A DNA stretch of 64,000 nucleotides from Candidatus Kapaibacterium sp. (GTDB lineage: Bacteria; Bacteroidota; Ignavibacteria; Kapaibacteriales; UBA2268): contig OY762428.1 of assembly GCA_963665665.1 (NCBI GenBank), forward strand, positions 4,992,001 through 5,056,000, given 5' to 3'. Positions within the stretch are counted from its first letter, which is position 1; every line of letters starts with the position of its first letter. A program made the position numbers and the translations under genes. The notes beneath the pieces were generated by a model that did no database searches, had not been told where the DNA came from, and saw only the letters and a list, made by a program, of their open reading frames with translations. Positions 9,237 through 20,339 of this stretch are shown piece by piece.

Positions 9237-12200
9237 TTATTTCAATACAATAATCTTTCCAAATAGTGCTATGTCTTTTGTTTTCAATTGGTAATAATAA
9301 TTGCCTGATAATAAATTTTCTGTATTCAAAGTATGTTCTGACAACAACACATTATTACCGCTGGAATTGAATTTTGCAATCCCTTTGCCAAAAATATCAA
9401 ATACCAATAATTCATATTTTTCCGGGCGGTTAAAATTTATGCTGAAACTAATAAAATCTCTTGCCGGATTGGGGTTTGCTTTTAACGAAATTCCTGAACT
9501 GATATCAATAACTGCTGATGGATTTTTTGAAACTGAAATTTCAGCCAGCATATCACGTTTGTACTTCACAACCATTCCCAGGTCCTGCTGTGTTGTGAAA
9601 TCCTTAATCGAGGCGGCATATAATTCGTATTCCGAATTATCTACGATTGAAAAATACCTGAGAATAAGCGGTTCCAGTTCAGCTGCCCCTTCTCTCTGAT
9701 TACTGGTTATTTCATTGTCGCCCCAGACAGTAACTATTAGTTTGCCGTTGTGTGCCGCAGCTCCGCCAAGCAGATTGCCGTTATTATCAAAAACGCCTAT
9801 CTCATCTCCGGCGCTGATGTTGAATTCATTTGCCTTGGGCGAAACGATTAGTACGGCAGTGTTACCAGTATATTTAGGCTGGCAGATGTAGTGCTGCGCT
9901 TCTTCCGTATTCCCAGCGGCCTGGTTGTTATCCCATTCAGGATAATTAAATAATACGTTATCCGTGAAGTAAACCTGCAGGGCTTCTCCGGGCCGGATAT
10001 TTTCAATATCATTATATCCGAGTGAAGGTATATAGGCCTGTCCTGCATCATTTTTTGCTATTTCAATACTGGAAACATTTTCAATGAATAGATTTTCCGG
10101 ACCGATCGGCTCAGGATAAAAACAGGGGAGAAGCATCCATTTTCCAGCATCTATACTTAGTATATGATTCTTTGGTGAAAGCCTGTTTCCCTGTATTTGA
10201 ATTTGCGAATTTTCCTCGGAATAAACTGCATATCCCTGGTTAATATCCCAATGAGCTAAATCGTTTACCGGTTCCAAGGGTTTGTAAATATTTTGATTGA
10301 TATCTTTTATACAGGCAATATTTGAAGGAATTAAAGTATCCATTTCAGGATAGAATGGTGCAACTCCGGAAGCAACGTACTGAAACTTCCCGGCTTCAAT
10401 ATCAATATTCCATATAATCGGATCGGCAATCTCAGAGATAATATTCAGAGTGTCCGGCATAAAATATCCCAGTCCTGACTCATAACTTACCGATACGGGC
10501 ATTTCCCGTGCAAGAACAGCATCCCATACAAAGAAGCGGAAAGTCTCGTTTACATCGAAGCCATCCTTGTCATTTGCAGTTTGCTGGTTATCTCCCCATG
10601 CAGTAACGGCAATATTCTGGTCACCTTTCCATACAGAGTAGCCGCCGCATCTCAATGTGTTTCCATTATCATAGAACACACCTATTGCATCGCCAGCTTT
10701 AAGCTTGTATCCGTCAATATTCTGCCCAACATCTGTGCGAATAAGAATAGTTGTGTTCTGGCCGGTTCTCTTTTCAAATTTCCAGGAAAGCGGTACTTCC
10801 TGCGAAGAAAATTCTCCTGTTGTGAATTCCGATACTTCCGACCATGGGCCGAAGCCGTTTGCATTGGCTGCCCGAACGCGCCAGTAGTATTTATTCTGAG
10901 GATCAAAAATGCTGAGTGAGCGAACCGTATCGCTAATGTCATCATGGTTATACTGCTCAGCGAGGAATTGTTTATCGGAGGAAATCTGTAGCCAGTATTT
11001 ACTAGCATCTTCAACTCCTGACCAAATAAACTCTATTGTTGCCGGCATTTCGTCAGATTCATTAGCCGGGCTTATAAGCGTTGGTGCGTCGGGTTTTGTC
11101 GTATCTGTTGTTGTGAATTTCCATGTAACTGACCAGGGGCTTTCCCCAAGTGTGTTAATTGCTTTAACCCGCCAGAAATATGTATTATTCGGCTCGAAAT
11201 TCTGTCCGTCTATTTCAGTATCGTAGATATGTTCTTTTTCAAAAATAATTTCTTCGAACTGAAAGTCTGTTGCTGCCTGGAAATAGTATTCATCAGCCTG
11301 AATACCTTCTTCCCACTTGAATGTTCCCGTAATACTGAAACCGTTCTCGCCGTTTTCAGGAGCTAAAAGCAGTGGTGGTTGCGGCACTGATGGTTCGCAG
11401 AATGTGCGGAATGGTAAATATTTTACGGGCCCTGAACTGGATTTATTACCGGAATGTGATATGCACTCGTCAACAATACTTGTATCAGTCGATCCCCAGC
11501 AGTTGAACATAGCGTAAACAGTATCATCGCCTCGGTTCAGCAGCGCCTTTTTACGGTTATCAAATCCGTCGAATATATTATAACCTTTCGAAAATGATAG
11601 CCCACCGCCCATATCAGGCGAAGCGTCATTGATACACATCACTCCGTAATAACCTGATTGAGTAAGCTTACAGTATTCCATAATCGCGGTGGTATTATCA
11701 AAACAAATCATTGAACTTAGGCAGAAACTTGTACCACCTCCGAATTGTATTTTTAAATGTTTCAGATGAGAATGGGATGAACCGTCCGTAAAATAAATTC
11801 CGCCCCAGTCTCTCGGGCTGCCACCGCTTAGGCCGTCGCCATCGGTGTCGCATTCGCCACTAACGTCATCTTTTATTGATGTAATAATAGCTATGCTGTC
11901 CCGGCTGCCCTCGGCAATCAAACGTCCTTTGATTATTAGGTCTGATCCTTCGGGCATTTTCAGAATAGCGCCCGGCCTGATATATAAAGTGGCATTTTTC
12001 TCAATTGTCAGGGATTCATTACAGAAATAAGGGGTATTCATCGCTTCAAGCCTTATGTCTGAATTATGTGTGCTTTCACTAATTTCAATACCGTTTTTCT
12101 CATTATTCCTCATCAGAATATATTTTATGCTGGTCAGGGCGTTGCTTTCCCAAACTATCGGGCCATGCCCGTCATTGCCACCGTCCGTAAAGGAACAGTA

Positions 12201-12584
12201 CTGAAGCGATACTCTGCCATAACCTGATTTATTGTTAAATATTATCGATCCCCAATGTCCGGGATTGGCGTTTTCTCTGTCAGCCTTGAAATATATGCTG
12301 TCTGCCGACTGCCCGACAGCAATCAGGCTGCCCTGAACTTCAATTGAACGGCTTCTTGAAAATTCCACGATAACGCCGGGTTCAATTAGCAGGGTAGCGT
12401 CGGGAGCGATAGTAATATTTGATTTGATAACATAAGGGGAAGACTCACTTATCCAGGTAACATCCGAGTTAATATCCTGGCTAACTGTAGTTTCCGCAAA
12501 AACTTCAGTTGCACCAAACATTATTAAAAATAATGATATATATAATCTTCCTGTTAAAAACATTCGCAATCCTTTGCAAAACAA
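9237..12584 (-). CDS. T9SS-secreted protein: beta-helix, two FN3-like domains, conserved C-terminal module, T9SS CTD
   Basis: SPY.I...ITI...ATL.IEPGV beta-helix motifs; two P.L..P.NG..F.W..Y..Q..YFWRV.A.N..G.SPWS units; CTD NPNPARD..SGNYYY..KIIVLK. Confidence 0.9.
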   Translation of the reverse strand: MFCKGLRMFLTGRLYISLFLIMFGATEVFAETTVSQDINSDVTWISESSPYVIKSNITIAPDATLLIEPGVIVEFSRSRSIEVQGSLIAVGQSADSIYFKADRENANPGHWGSIIFNNKSGYGRVSLQYCSFTDGGNDGHGPIVWESNALTSIKYILMRNNEKNGIEISESTHNSDIRLEAMNTPYFCNESLTIEKNATLYIRPGAILKMPEGSDLIIKGRLIAEGSRDSIAIITSIKDDVSGECDTDGDGLSGGSPRDWGGIYFTDGSSHSHLKHLKIQFGGGTSFCLSSMICFDNTTAIMEYCKLTQSGYYGVMCINDASPDMGGGLSFSKGYNIFDGFDNRKKALLNRGDDTVYAMFNCWGSTDTSIVDECISHSGNKSSSGPVKYLPFRTFCEPSVPQPPLLLAPENGENGFSITGTFKWEEGIQADEYYFQAATDFQFEEIIFEKEHIYDTEIDGQNFEPNNTYFWRVKAINTLGESPWSVTWKFTTTDTTKPDAPTLISPANESDEMPATIEFIWSGVEDASKYWLQISSDKQFLAEQYNHDDISDTVRSLSIFDPQNKYYWRVRAANANGFGPWSEVSEFTTGEFSSQEVPLSWKFEKRTGQNTTILIRTDVGQNIDGYKLKAGDAIGVFYDNGNTLRCGGYSVWKGDQNIAVTAWGDNQQTANDKDGFDVNETFRFFVWDAVLAREMPVSVSYESGLGYFMPDTLNIISEIADPIIWNIDIEAGKFQYVASGVAPFYPEMDTLIPSNIACIKDINQNIYKPLEPVNDLAHWDINQGYAVYSEENSQIQIQGNRLSPKNHILSIDAGKWMLLPCFYPEPIGPENLFIENVSSIEIAKNDAGQAYIPSLGYNDIENIRPGEALQVYFTDNVLFNYPEWDNNQAAGNTEEAQHYICQPKYTGNTAVLIVSPKANEFNISAGDEIGVFDNNGNLLGGAAAHNGKLIVTVWGDNEITSNQREGAAELEPLILRYFSIVDNSEYELYAASIKDFTTQQDLGMVVKYKRDMLAEISVSKNPSAVIDISSGISLKANPNPARDFISFSINFNRPEKYELLVFDIFGKGIAKFNSSGNNVLLSEHTLNTENLLSGNYYYQLKTKDIALFGKIIVLK

Positions 12585-13117
12585 CTATATTTTATAGTTT
12601 TATCGGCATCCTGCCGTGTTTTCTTAACATAATAAAGTAAAAGGCGAATTTTCACCAGTTACAAACACAAATAATAATTCAGGACAATATTATCCAAATA
12701 TTATCCCGAATCAGCTACATTTCTGTTAATTGCAAATATACTGCCAAAAAGCAAGCTGCCCCCCAGGAAGCATTTGTGGTGTGGATTGTGGAAGGCAGCC
12801 GGATTTGCTGGTAAAGCGGAGCTTTTCTTTATTCTTTTCTGAATCTGAATCAATCTTCAAATATATTAACAGCTCAAATAAAAAAAAGTCTCATGATTTT
12901 GAAAAATATTTATATTAACGAAAAGAATTATTGGAAAAATACGATATTGGGTAAAAAAAAAAGCTCCTCACATCCTAAACCCGGAGATCGGGCAAGAAGT
13001 TTTATTATTCTGAAAATATGCACATTCCCGTATATAATTGAAATTATTGATATTAATACCATTGGTACATCTTCATGAAACGATCTTTCACGCCCAAAAT
13101 CACTTGTTCCGTATCTG

Positions 13118-13353
13118 CCGAGCGTTCCCCTGTGCCTTCCGAGCGTTCCCCTGTGCCTTCCGAGCGTTCCCCTGTGCCTTCCGAGCGTTCCCCCGTGCCT
13201 TCCGAGCGTTCCCCCGTGCTTGCCGAGCGTTACCCCATGCTTGCCGAGCGTTACCCCGTGCTTGCCGAGCGTTCCCTCGTGCCTTCCGAGCGTTCCCTCG
13301 TGCCCCCGGAGCGTTCCCTCGTGCCTTCCGAGCGTTCCCTCGTGCCTTCCGAG
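13118..13353. repeat. GC-rich 21-bp tandem array (~11 copies; consensus CCGAGCGTTCCCCTGTGCCTT)
   Basis: Directly visible; variant units contain CGTTACCCC or CGTTCCCTC. Confidence 0.95.
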
Positions 13354-13712
13354 ACACTTTTTCAGTTAATATTATACTCAGAAAACAAAGAATTTCACTT
13401 TTTTGATATTGAATTTCGTTCTATTGGTCAGTTCGATCCACTTGATCAATTGATGATTTTATCGGGATATACCGATAGTCGCTTTGGTGATGATAATTTT
13501 TAGTTCAAAAATATTTGAGTTTGCTATGCCCGGCTTTGTTGATAATTCATTAGCACAGAATTTCCACTGGATGAGTGATGAAAGGCTTAAGATGCCTGAA
13601 CAAAACAGGATAATCGTTGCTATCTTTAGTATTCTTATGACATTATATTATAGATTAATCAATAATAATACTAATCAGTTGTATTCCCGGGTTTTGTTAG
13701 CGGTAGAAAAAA

Positions 13713-13753
13713 AACGGCTGCCACCTGATATATTTATAAAGGAGGCAGCCGTT
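13713..13753 (-). terminator. Terminator hairpin downstream of the 707-aa gene
   Basis: AACGGCTGCC..GGCAGCCGTT inverted repeat next to an A-run. Confidence 0.6.
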
Positions 13754-13773
13754 ATATCCATAGAGTGGAGCTG

Positions 13774-15852
13774 TTATTCTTTAATAAATTTTTTTGTAGT
13801 TTTATATTTGTTATTCTGTACTGTCAGGAACCATGCCCCGGAGGCGAGACTGCTGATGTCAATCTGTTCATTTCGGGAGTCTATTCGGCCCTTTAATGCA
13901 ATTTCACCAGTAATTGATGTTATCTCATAATTCATGAATTCATAATCCGGTAAATCCGATTTAAGAGAAATATTTTCATGCGACGGGTTGGGGAAGAGGC
14001 TGATATCAATATTAATAATATTATCCTCTACGCTTAGCGGTATCTTCGACAGGTCAAGCATATAGAACATTTCATTTCGTACTTTGACTGCCAGAAATTT
14101 ACGATTATTTGATATTTCAGAACAAGTTATTGAATTAGTTGCTTCAAATTCAAAATTGTAAATAATTTCTTCCTGGCCAATATCCCATATTCTTATAACT
14201 CCACCTGTCAGGATTTCCAGTAGGTAATTAGGATCTTCAAGGAAAAACAGTTTATGGTAGTAACCGGCAACTTCTGTTGGCAAGCTTGCTACTAACTCTT
14301 TACTATGAATATTATATATATTTATATTGTCAGTAAGGCTGATAGCTGCAAACAAATTGGTAGACAGGTCAAAAGCGGGGCAATTTTTTAAATCAATAGT
14401 ATCAAGATAAAATATCGGATTCCAGTCAAATAAACTATAAAAAATTAGAGTATCACTATGTTCAACATAAAAATAATGTCCATTATTTGTAAATTCAGGA
14501 TTTTTACCATTTCCTGACAATAGAATATTGTGCGACTCATCCCTTACCTGGAATGTATCAGCCGTAAAATTTGATAAACAATAATATTTTAGCCCGTTTG
14601 AAAAAATGACACTTTGTTTAATGTTTGAGTCCGGCTGAACGATTTTACGATCAAACATACTCCCCAATGATTCGATACGATCAAAAACATAGCTATTTTC
14701 TTCATTTTCATTTATATGGTATAAATATTCATCTCCCAGGTAGCTTGCTATGTTAAAATAATTATAATAATCATACCAGCATTCAAGTTGATTACCCGTA
14801 GAAACTTCAAAATACCCAACCTGATTGGGCCTTTTAACAAATAGAGTTTGATTATCATTCAGGAAGTGAAAACGTTCGGGATTAAATAAATTGTGAGTTG
14901 AGAAAAGATCACCAGTGTTTAGGTCAAGTTGAAATAGGTTATAATTGGTATAAAAACAACTTTCCATTTCATCATTACATACAATATTTAAATGTGAACC
15001 ATATACGAAATAAAGAGAATCCGTATGAAAATCAACAGCATCAATTTTGTAGACATAATTGAAATTATTCAATCTTTCATAAAAGTAATAAGCATAATTT
15101 CCTGTTTTAGAAAAATGTATATCGCTTGTTCTGCTTATAATCGTATCTTTATAGTCGCTGGTTGAAGTATTATAGCATAATAAATGGTTTTGTGTACCCT
15201 GCAGAAAATAAGTGATTCCATCAGAAAATACTTTTACAGTAAATGAATTTTCAATCGATTCAGATTTTTTTGAAAATTTAACTTCCTGTGTTTCAAGGTC
15301 GAATATAAAGAATCTCTGATACTGAATGCCGAGCAGTGTTTTCCCGTCATCGCCAAGAAAACCGGAACCAGAGTACAAACTATCGCTGAAATAATTTCCG
15401 AGTTTCTCTCCGGTTTCGAAGCTCCACCAGTGAAAATGATAATCGTTTGTAAAGGCATACAGATATTTCTTATTGTTTGTTCGGGAGAAACTGACTGTGC
15501 CTGTGAGGTCAAAAATTTTAGAATCTGTAATTTTTTCAGTTTCAATATCAAACACATGGTAGTATATATTAGCGTCGTCATTTTTTGAAAAAATTATTGA
15601 TTGGCTGTCATCAGAAAACTCAATATTATCATAACCAAAGAGAGAATCATTCTCGAACTCACAGAAAAATTCTTCCTCCTCGATATTATAAAGAGATTTA
15701 TGATTTTTTGAAAGAATAATATTGCCATCTGGTGCGGCTAATATATCAGTAAATATGGCTGATTGAATTTTCTTTTGCCAAAGAACTTCATCTGCTTTGG
15801 TACTTCCGAAAAGTACAATAAAAATTGCCAAAATCAGTAAAAAACTACGCAT
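13774..15852 (-). CDS. T9SS-secreted WD40-like beta-propeller protein
   Basis: GGGAGG before ATG 15852; signal peptide; propeller-like repeats (IEFSDD, IRIWD); CTD FPNPSHE..IDISSLASGAWFL..KKFIKE. Confidence 0.8.
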   Translation of the reverse strand: MRSFLLILAIFIVLFGSTKADEVLWQKKIQSAIFTDILAAPDGNIILSKNHKSLYNIEEEEFFCEFENDSLFGYDNIEFSDDSQSIIFSKNDDANIYYHVFDIETEKITDSKIFDLTGTVSFSRTNNKKYLYAFTNDYHFHWWSFETGEKLGNYFSDSLYSGSGFLGDDGKTLLGIQYQRFFIFDLETQEVKFSKKSESIENSFTVKVFSDGITYFLQGTQNHLLCYNTSTSDYKDTIISRTSDIHFSKTGNYAYYFYERLNNFNYVYKIDAVDFHTDSLYFVYGSHLNIVCNDEMESCFYTNYNLFQLDLNTGDLFSTHNLFNPERFHFLNDNQTLFVKRPNQVGYFEVSTGNQLECWYDYYNYFNIASYLGDEYLYHINENEENSYVFDRIESLGSMFDRKIVQPDSNIKQSVIFSNGLKYYCLSNFTADTFQVRDESHNILLSGNGKNPEFTNNGHYFYVEHSDTLIFYSLFDWNPIFYLDTIDLKNCPAFDLSTNLFAAISLTDNINIYNIHSKELVASLPTEVAGYYHKLFFLEDPNYLLEILTGGVIRIWDIGQEEIIYNFEFEATNSITCSEISNNRKFLAVKVRNEMFYMLDLSKIPLSVEDNIINIDISLFPNPSHENISLKSDLPDYEFMNYEITSITGEIALKGRIDSRNEQIDISSLASGAWFLTVQNNKYKTTKKFIKE

Positions 15853-15935
15853 TGCTACCTCCCAATATGTTGAATGTGTCTTCAAATATAAGAACACTTA
15901 AAATGGAAAAAAGTCTCAAACTTTTTTTAATAAAA

Positions 15936-17420
15936 TTATTTAGGGCGCATGATTCCGAGCCTTTTCATCTTATCGCGGAGTGTGCTTGGGGCAAGTCCCA
16001 GTTTCTTTGCTGTACCCCGGGGGCCGTCTATTATCCAGTTGGATTCCTCAAGAATAGATAAAATATGGGCTTTTTCAACATCCTTCAGCTTTATACCTTC
16101 GGGCCGTGTTACTGGCCTGCCGGATATAGCCGGTATTGAATCATCAATCTGGAGTTTACCATCAGATGATAAAATTACAGCTCTTTCAATTACATTCTCC
16201 AATTCCCTGACGTTACCCGGCCAGTTGTATGATTTTAAACTGTTAATAACGGAGTTTGGGATAGAATTTATGATTCTTCCGGTTTTTCGGGAGTATTTAT
16301 CCACGAAATGCCTCGCAAGCAAAGGAATATCGTTTATTCTTCTGTTTAGCGGGGGGATAGTAACAGGAAAAACATTGAGCCTGTAGTACAGATCCTGGCG
16401 GAATTTTCCTTCTTCTATTTCTTTTTTCAGGTCTCTGTTTGTTGCAGCTACAACCCTGACATCCACTTTTACAGTATGTGGATTACCCAGCCTTTCAAAT
16501 TCCCCTTCCTGCAATACCCTGAGCAATTTTGATTGAAGTTCCAGCGGCAGGTCGCCAATTTCGTCAAGAAATATTGTTCCGCCGTCTGCAAGCTCGAAAC
16601 GGCCGATTTTTTTTGCCAGAGCCCCGGTAAATGCCCCTTTTTCATGCCCAAAAAGTTCGCTTTCTATCAGGTTGGCCGGGAGTGAGGCACAGTTAACTTT
16701 TACAAGTGATTTATTCTTTCTCTTGCTTGAAGAATGTACTGCTCTCGAAAATAATTCCTTACCGGTTCCTGTTTCTCCCAGGATAAGTACAGTGGAATCA
16801 GTTTCGGCTACCTGTGTTATTTTATTCAAAATTTTAATTATTTCAGGGTCGTTGGAAATTATCTCATCAAAATTATGATCGGATTTTATTTCCTCTTTCA
16901 AATATATATTTTCTTCTTCAAGCTGCTTTTTCAGCCGGTTCACTTCTTCAAGTGCATTTCTCAACTCATTTGTTCTTTCGCTAACCCTTTGTTCCAGCTT
17001 TTCATTTGTTTTTTGCATTTCTTCCCTAAGGTTTTTCAGAGTAATATGAGTATTGACTCTTGCAAGGACTTCCTCATGCTGGATAGGTTTGGTAATATAA
17101 TCCACAGCACCAACTTCAAATCCTCTAACTTTATCCACAGTTTCCGACAGTGAAGACATAAATATCACGGGGATATCATTAGTTACCGGGTTTTGTTTTA
17201 TCAGCCGACAGGTTTCAAAACCATCGAGTCCGGGCATCATTATGTCTAGTAATATAAGGTCAGGAGCTGAATATTGAATTTGCTCAATAGCACTATCTCC
17301 GTTCTCGGCTACAAATGTCCTGAATCCGCTTTCTGTCAAGAAATCCAACAAAACAGCAATATTTGCCGGTACATCGTCAACTATTAATATTGATCCCCTG
17401 AAATTGCTATTATTCATCAA
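15936..17420 (-). CDS. Sigma-54-dependent response regulator (REC-AAA+-HTH)
   Basis: REC (ILIVDD, LILLDIMMP, KP); Walker A GETGTGKE; GAFTGA loop; WPGNVRELEN; C-terminal HTH. Confidence 0.95.
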   Translation of the reverse strand: MMNNSNFRGSILIVDDVPANIAVLLDFLTESGFRTFVAENGDSAIEQIQYSAPDLILLDIMMPGLDGFETCRLIKQNPVTNDIPVIFMSSLSETVDKVRGFEVGAVDYITKPIQHEEVLARVNTHITLKNLREEMQKTNEKLEQRVSERTNELRNALEEVNRLKKQLEEENIYLKEEIKSDHNFDEIISNDPEIIKILNKITQVAETDSTVLILGETGTGKELFSRAVHSSSKRKNKSLVKVNCASLPANLIESELFGHEKGAFTGALAKKIGRFELADGGTIFLDEIGDLPLELQSKLLRVLQEGEFERLGNPHTVKVDVRVVAATNRDLKKEIEEGKFRQDLYYRLNVFPVTIPPLNRRINDIPLLARHFVDKYSRKTGRIINSIPNSVINSLKSYNWPGNVRELENVIERAVILSSDGKLQIDDSIPAISGRPVTRPEGIKLKDVEKAHILSILEESNWIIDGPRGTAKKLGLAPSTLRDKMKRLGIMRPK

Positions 17421-17487
17421 AATTCAAAATTATTCAGTAAATAATTATACTGACGAAAAAAAAGTATTTAATTTTATATGAATATAA

Positions 17488-19836
17488 TTATTCAGCTTTT
17501 TTGCTTAATGTAAAAGAGAAAACAGAGCCTTTGCCCTGTTGGCTTTCCACACTGATCGAACCTCCGTGATGGTCGATAAACTCTTTACAAAGGATCAGGC
17601 CGAGCCCGGTTCCTTTTTCCTCGATTGTTCCCGGAGTAGTGAACTGGCTGTCCAGACGAAAGAGTTTTTTCTGATCCTCTTCAGAAATTCCGATTCCGGT
17701 ATCAGTAACAGAATATTTTACCATATCTCCGAAATCTTCTGCTTTGATTGATATTCTACCATTAAGTCCTGTAAATTTGATTGCATTGGTCAGCAGATTT
17801 CTGATCACCGTTATCAACATATTGTAATCACCTTCAACATAAGTACTATCTCCGATATCGGAGCTTATAGTAATATTTTTTTTAAGTGCACTTGCTGATA
17901 ACAAATTAAGATTTTTCAAAGTAAGTATGTTCAAATCAATAAGTTCTGGTTTAAATTGAATTTTACCTGTTTGGGTTCTTGCCCATTGAAGAAGGCTTTC
18001 AAGCAGGTCGGATAAATTCTTTGTTGTTTTGTAGATTGTGTTGTGTTTATGATCAATTTCTTCCTTGTCAAATTTATCGCCGAATCTTAAAAGCATATCC
18101 GATGAAAGCATAAGTGTTTGTAAAGGATTTTTCAGGTCATGGGCAATAATGGAAAAAAACTTATCCTTGGCTGCGTTAGCGTCTCTTAGTTTCTTTTCCT
18201 TTTCACTTAATTCAGTGAACAATTGTGTTAGTTTATCATTCTGATCAATAATTTTTTGATTTTTCTCGCTAAGCAAATTGTGAGCTTTTTGTTTTTGCCT
18301 GTACCGGTTATAAAGAACAAAGGATAATGAAAGTATCAATCCTGAAATAACAATAAAATATGTTCTCTGGAGTACGTTCATTTTTTTCAATCTGTTATTT
18401 TCTTTAGCCCGTTGCTCGTTTTCTTTTGCCTTTTTCTCGGATTCATATTTTACTTCCATCTCTACAAATTTCTGATTCATCTCTTCGGAAATGATTGATT
18501 CCCTGATCCGGGTATAAGATATATGATATTCAAGAGCCTTTGAAGAATTTCCGGAAGCGGAATAGATTTCATAAAACAAATAGTAGGCATCCTGTATCAG
18601 TCCCTTCTTGTTAAATTTTTGGGCCAGTTCCAAACTTTTATTGGCATAATTCAGTGCTTCGGTAAAATTATTCATCTTCAAATAAATTGAAGATATACTT
18701 GTAAGGGGGTAGAACAATCTGTCATCGTAAGAAAGTTCTTCTTTTATGTCGTAGGATTGTTTACAGAATTTTAGTGCCTGTGGGTAATTTCCTTTGTCCA
18801 GGAACACAAGGCCAATATTATTTAGCAAGGTAGCTTTGCCTGACCTGACTTTTGAAAGTTTGCTTCTGTTCTCTGAGTTTTTTATTCTCAGGATTTCATC
18901 TTCTGTAAGTTTTAGTGCTCTGTTATAAAATTCTAACGCTTTTTCGAAGTTTCTCCAATCAAAATACACAGTACCGATATTAGAGTAAGACTGAGCTGTT
19001 TTGTATTTAATACCTGATTCCTTTACAATTTCAAGTGCATTTTTATAATATTCAATGGCTTTTGAGTAGTTTCCCCAGTCGTAATATACTTTTCCAATAG
19101 AATTCATTGTGGAGGCGATAAGGCTTTTTTGCTTAAGCTGCTCATTAATTTTCAATTCCGAGAGATGATTTTCAAGAGCTTTATTATATTTTCCCCATTT
19201 ATAATATAGTAATCCCAGGTTTCTGTATGATGAGGCGATTTCTTTTTTGTTCCCGGCTTGTTTCCAATGATGCAAAGCTTTTCGATAGTATATCAGTGCG
19301 TCATCATAATTACCCCATCTGTAATATAGAAGCCCGATATTGTTGTAGGATTTTGCAATGCCGGGTTTGTCGGCAATAACTTCTCTCAGGTCAAGAGCTT
19401 TTTTGTAGAAGTAGAGTGCTTTGTCGTAAACATTCAGAGCAGAATAAACAGCGCCGAAGTTGTTGAAAACATTAGCTGTTTCAAATTTATTACCAATTTC
19501 ATCAAAAATCTTATATGCACTTCGAAAATTTTCGATAGCGGAATCATTTTGTTTTTTGGTATAATAAACTGATGCTAGATTTTTATACGCAAAAGCAAGC
19601 TGGTTCTTATTATCTGTTTTTACAGCCAAATCAATTGCAAGCTTTGAATAACTTTTTGCATTCTTGATATCATGAATTTTGAGATATTCAACCGACATCC
19701 TATTATATAGCTCGGGCTTAAAGTCCTCGTCAGCAGTTTTTTCTAATAGCTTCAGGCTGTCAAGCCCGATAGAGTATGATGCCGGAAAGTTCAGTAAGAA
19801 AAATATAATTAAAAGAATATTAAAATTTATTTTCAA
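17488..19836 (-). CDS. Membrane sensor histidine kinase with an extracytoplasmic TPR domain
   Basis: Signal peptide; ~9-10 TPRs (SYNNIGLLYY.WGNY..AL.YY.KAL); TM YFIVISGLILSLSFVLY; H-box IIAHDLKNP; N, G1 and G2 boxes. Confidence 0.95.
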   Translation of the reverse strand: MKINFNILLIIFFLLNFPASYSIGLDSLKLLEKTADEDFKPELYNRMSVEYLKIHDIKNAKSYSKLAIDLAVKTDNKNQLAFAYKNLASVYYTKKQNDSAIENFRSAYKIFDEIGNKFETANVFNNFGAVYSALNVYDKALYFYKKALDLREVIADKPGIAKSYNNIGLLYYRWGNYDDALIYYRKALHHWKQAGNKKEIASSYRNLGLLYYKWGKYNKALENHLSELKINEQLKQKSLIASTMNSIGKVYYDWGNYSKAIEYYKNALEIVKESGIKYKTAQSYSNIGTVYFDWRNFEKALEFYNRALKLTEDEILRIKNSENRSKLSKVRSGKATLLNNIGLVFLDKGNYPQALKFCKQSYDIKEELSYDDRLFYPLTSISSIYLKMNNFTEALNYANKSLELAQKFNKKGLIQDAYYLFYEIYSASGNSSKALEYHISYTRIRESIISEEMNQKFVEMEVKYESEKKAKENEQRAKENNRLKKMNVLQRTYFIVISGLILSLSFVLYNRYRQKQKAHNLLSEKNQKIIDQNDKLTQLFTELSEKEKKLRDANAAKDKFFSIIAHDLKNPLQTLMLSSDMLLRFGDKFDKEEIDHKHNTIYKTTKNLSDLLESLLQWARTQTGKIQFKPELIDLNILTLKNLNLLSASALKKNITISSDIGDSTYVEGDYNMLITVIRNLLTNAIKFTGLNGRISIKAEDFGDMVKYSVTDTGIGISEEDQKKLFRLDSQFTTPGTIEEKGTGLGLILCKEFIDHHGGSISVESQQGKGSVFSFTLSKKAE

Positions 19837-20119
19837 TTTCTACTCCTTGTTAGTTCTAAGAATAAAACCACTGCAAAAAACAGACCAAAAAATTTGTCTT
19901 TATATATTACTATTGTCCGGCATGGAAACCGCTTATTAAATTACCTGACACTCATATAGATAACAATACAATTAAAATAATATGAAATTAAGTTAATAAT
20001 ATATTTGCACATTAAAAAAACTATTTTTATATTATATCTGTTGTGAATTGTTGGTTAAAAGATTCTCATATTTGATGTTTTATTTGATTTTTTTGAAATA
20101 ATTTTTGTATTATAATAAT

Positions 20120-20172
20120 GTTGTAAATGTTGTATTATTTTACAACCATCATGACATCCGGAAGAGTCATGA
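20120..20172. promoter_or_regulatory. Two adjacent inverted repeats in the divergent promoter region (candidate operators)
   Basis: GTTGTAAA-N11-TTTACAAC (20120-20146) and TCATGAC-N10-GTCATGA (20149-20172). Confidence 0.4.
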
Positions 20173-20204
20173 ATTAACTGAATAAAACATTGATTGAGGA
20201 TATC

Positions 20205-20339
20205 ATGGAAGATACAATCTCAATTTTTTCTTGCTTTGCGAGTCTGCTAACCAGAATCAAAAATAATTTTGAACTTTCTTGCAGTGAAAGCCAGTGCCGG
20301 CGCTTTTACGGTAATATTTTTTCCATTTTGAAAAAATAA
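20205..20339 (+). CDS. Possible 44-aa small ORF (MEDTISIFSCFAS...SILKK) upstream of the peptide array
   Basis: GAGGA five nt before ATG 20205; TAA at 20337-20339; below the ORF-track length cutoff. Confidence 0.3.
   Translation: MEDTISIFSCFASLLTRIKNNFELSCSESQCRRFYGNIFSILKK

Noticed and set aside
13038-13503. Overlapping heptad-repeat ORFs on both strands
   Set aside because: Several frames are open only because the 21-mer lacks stops; none has evidence of being the coding frame.
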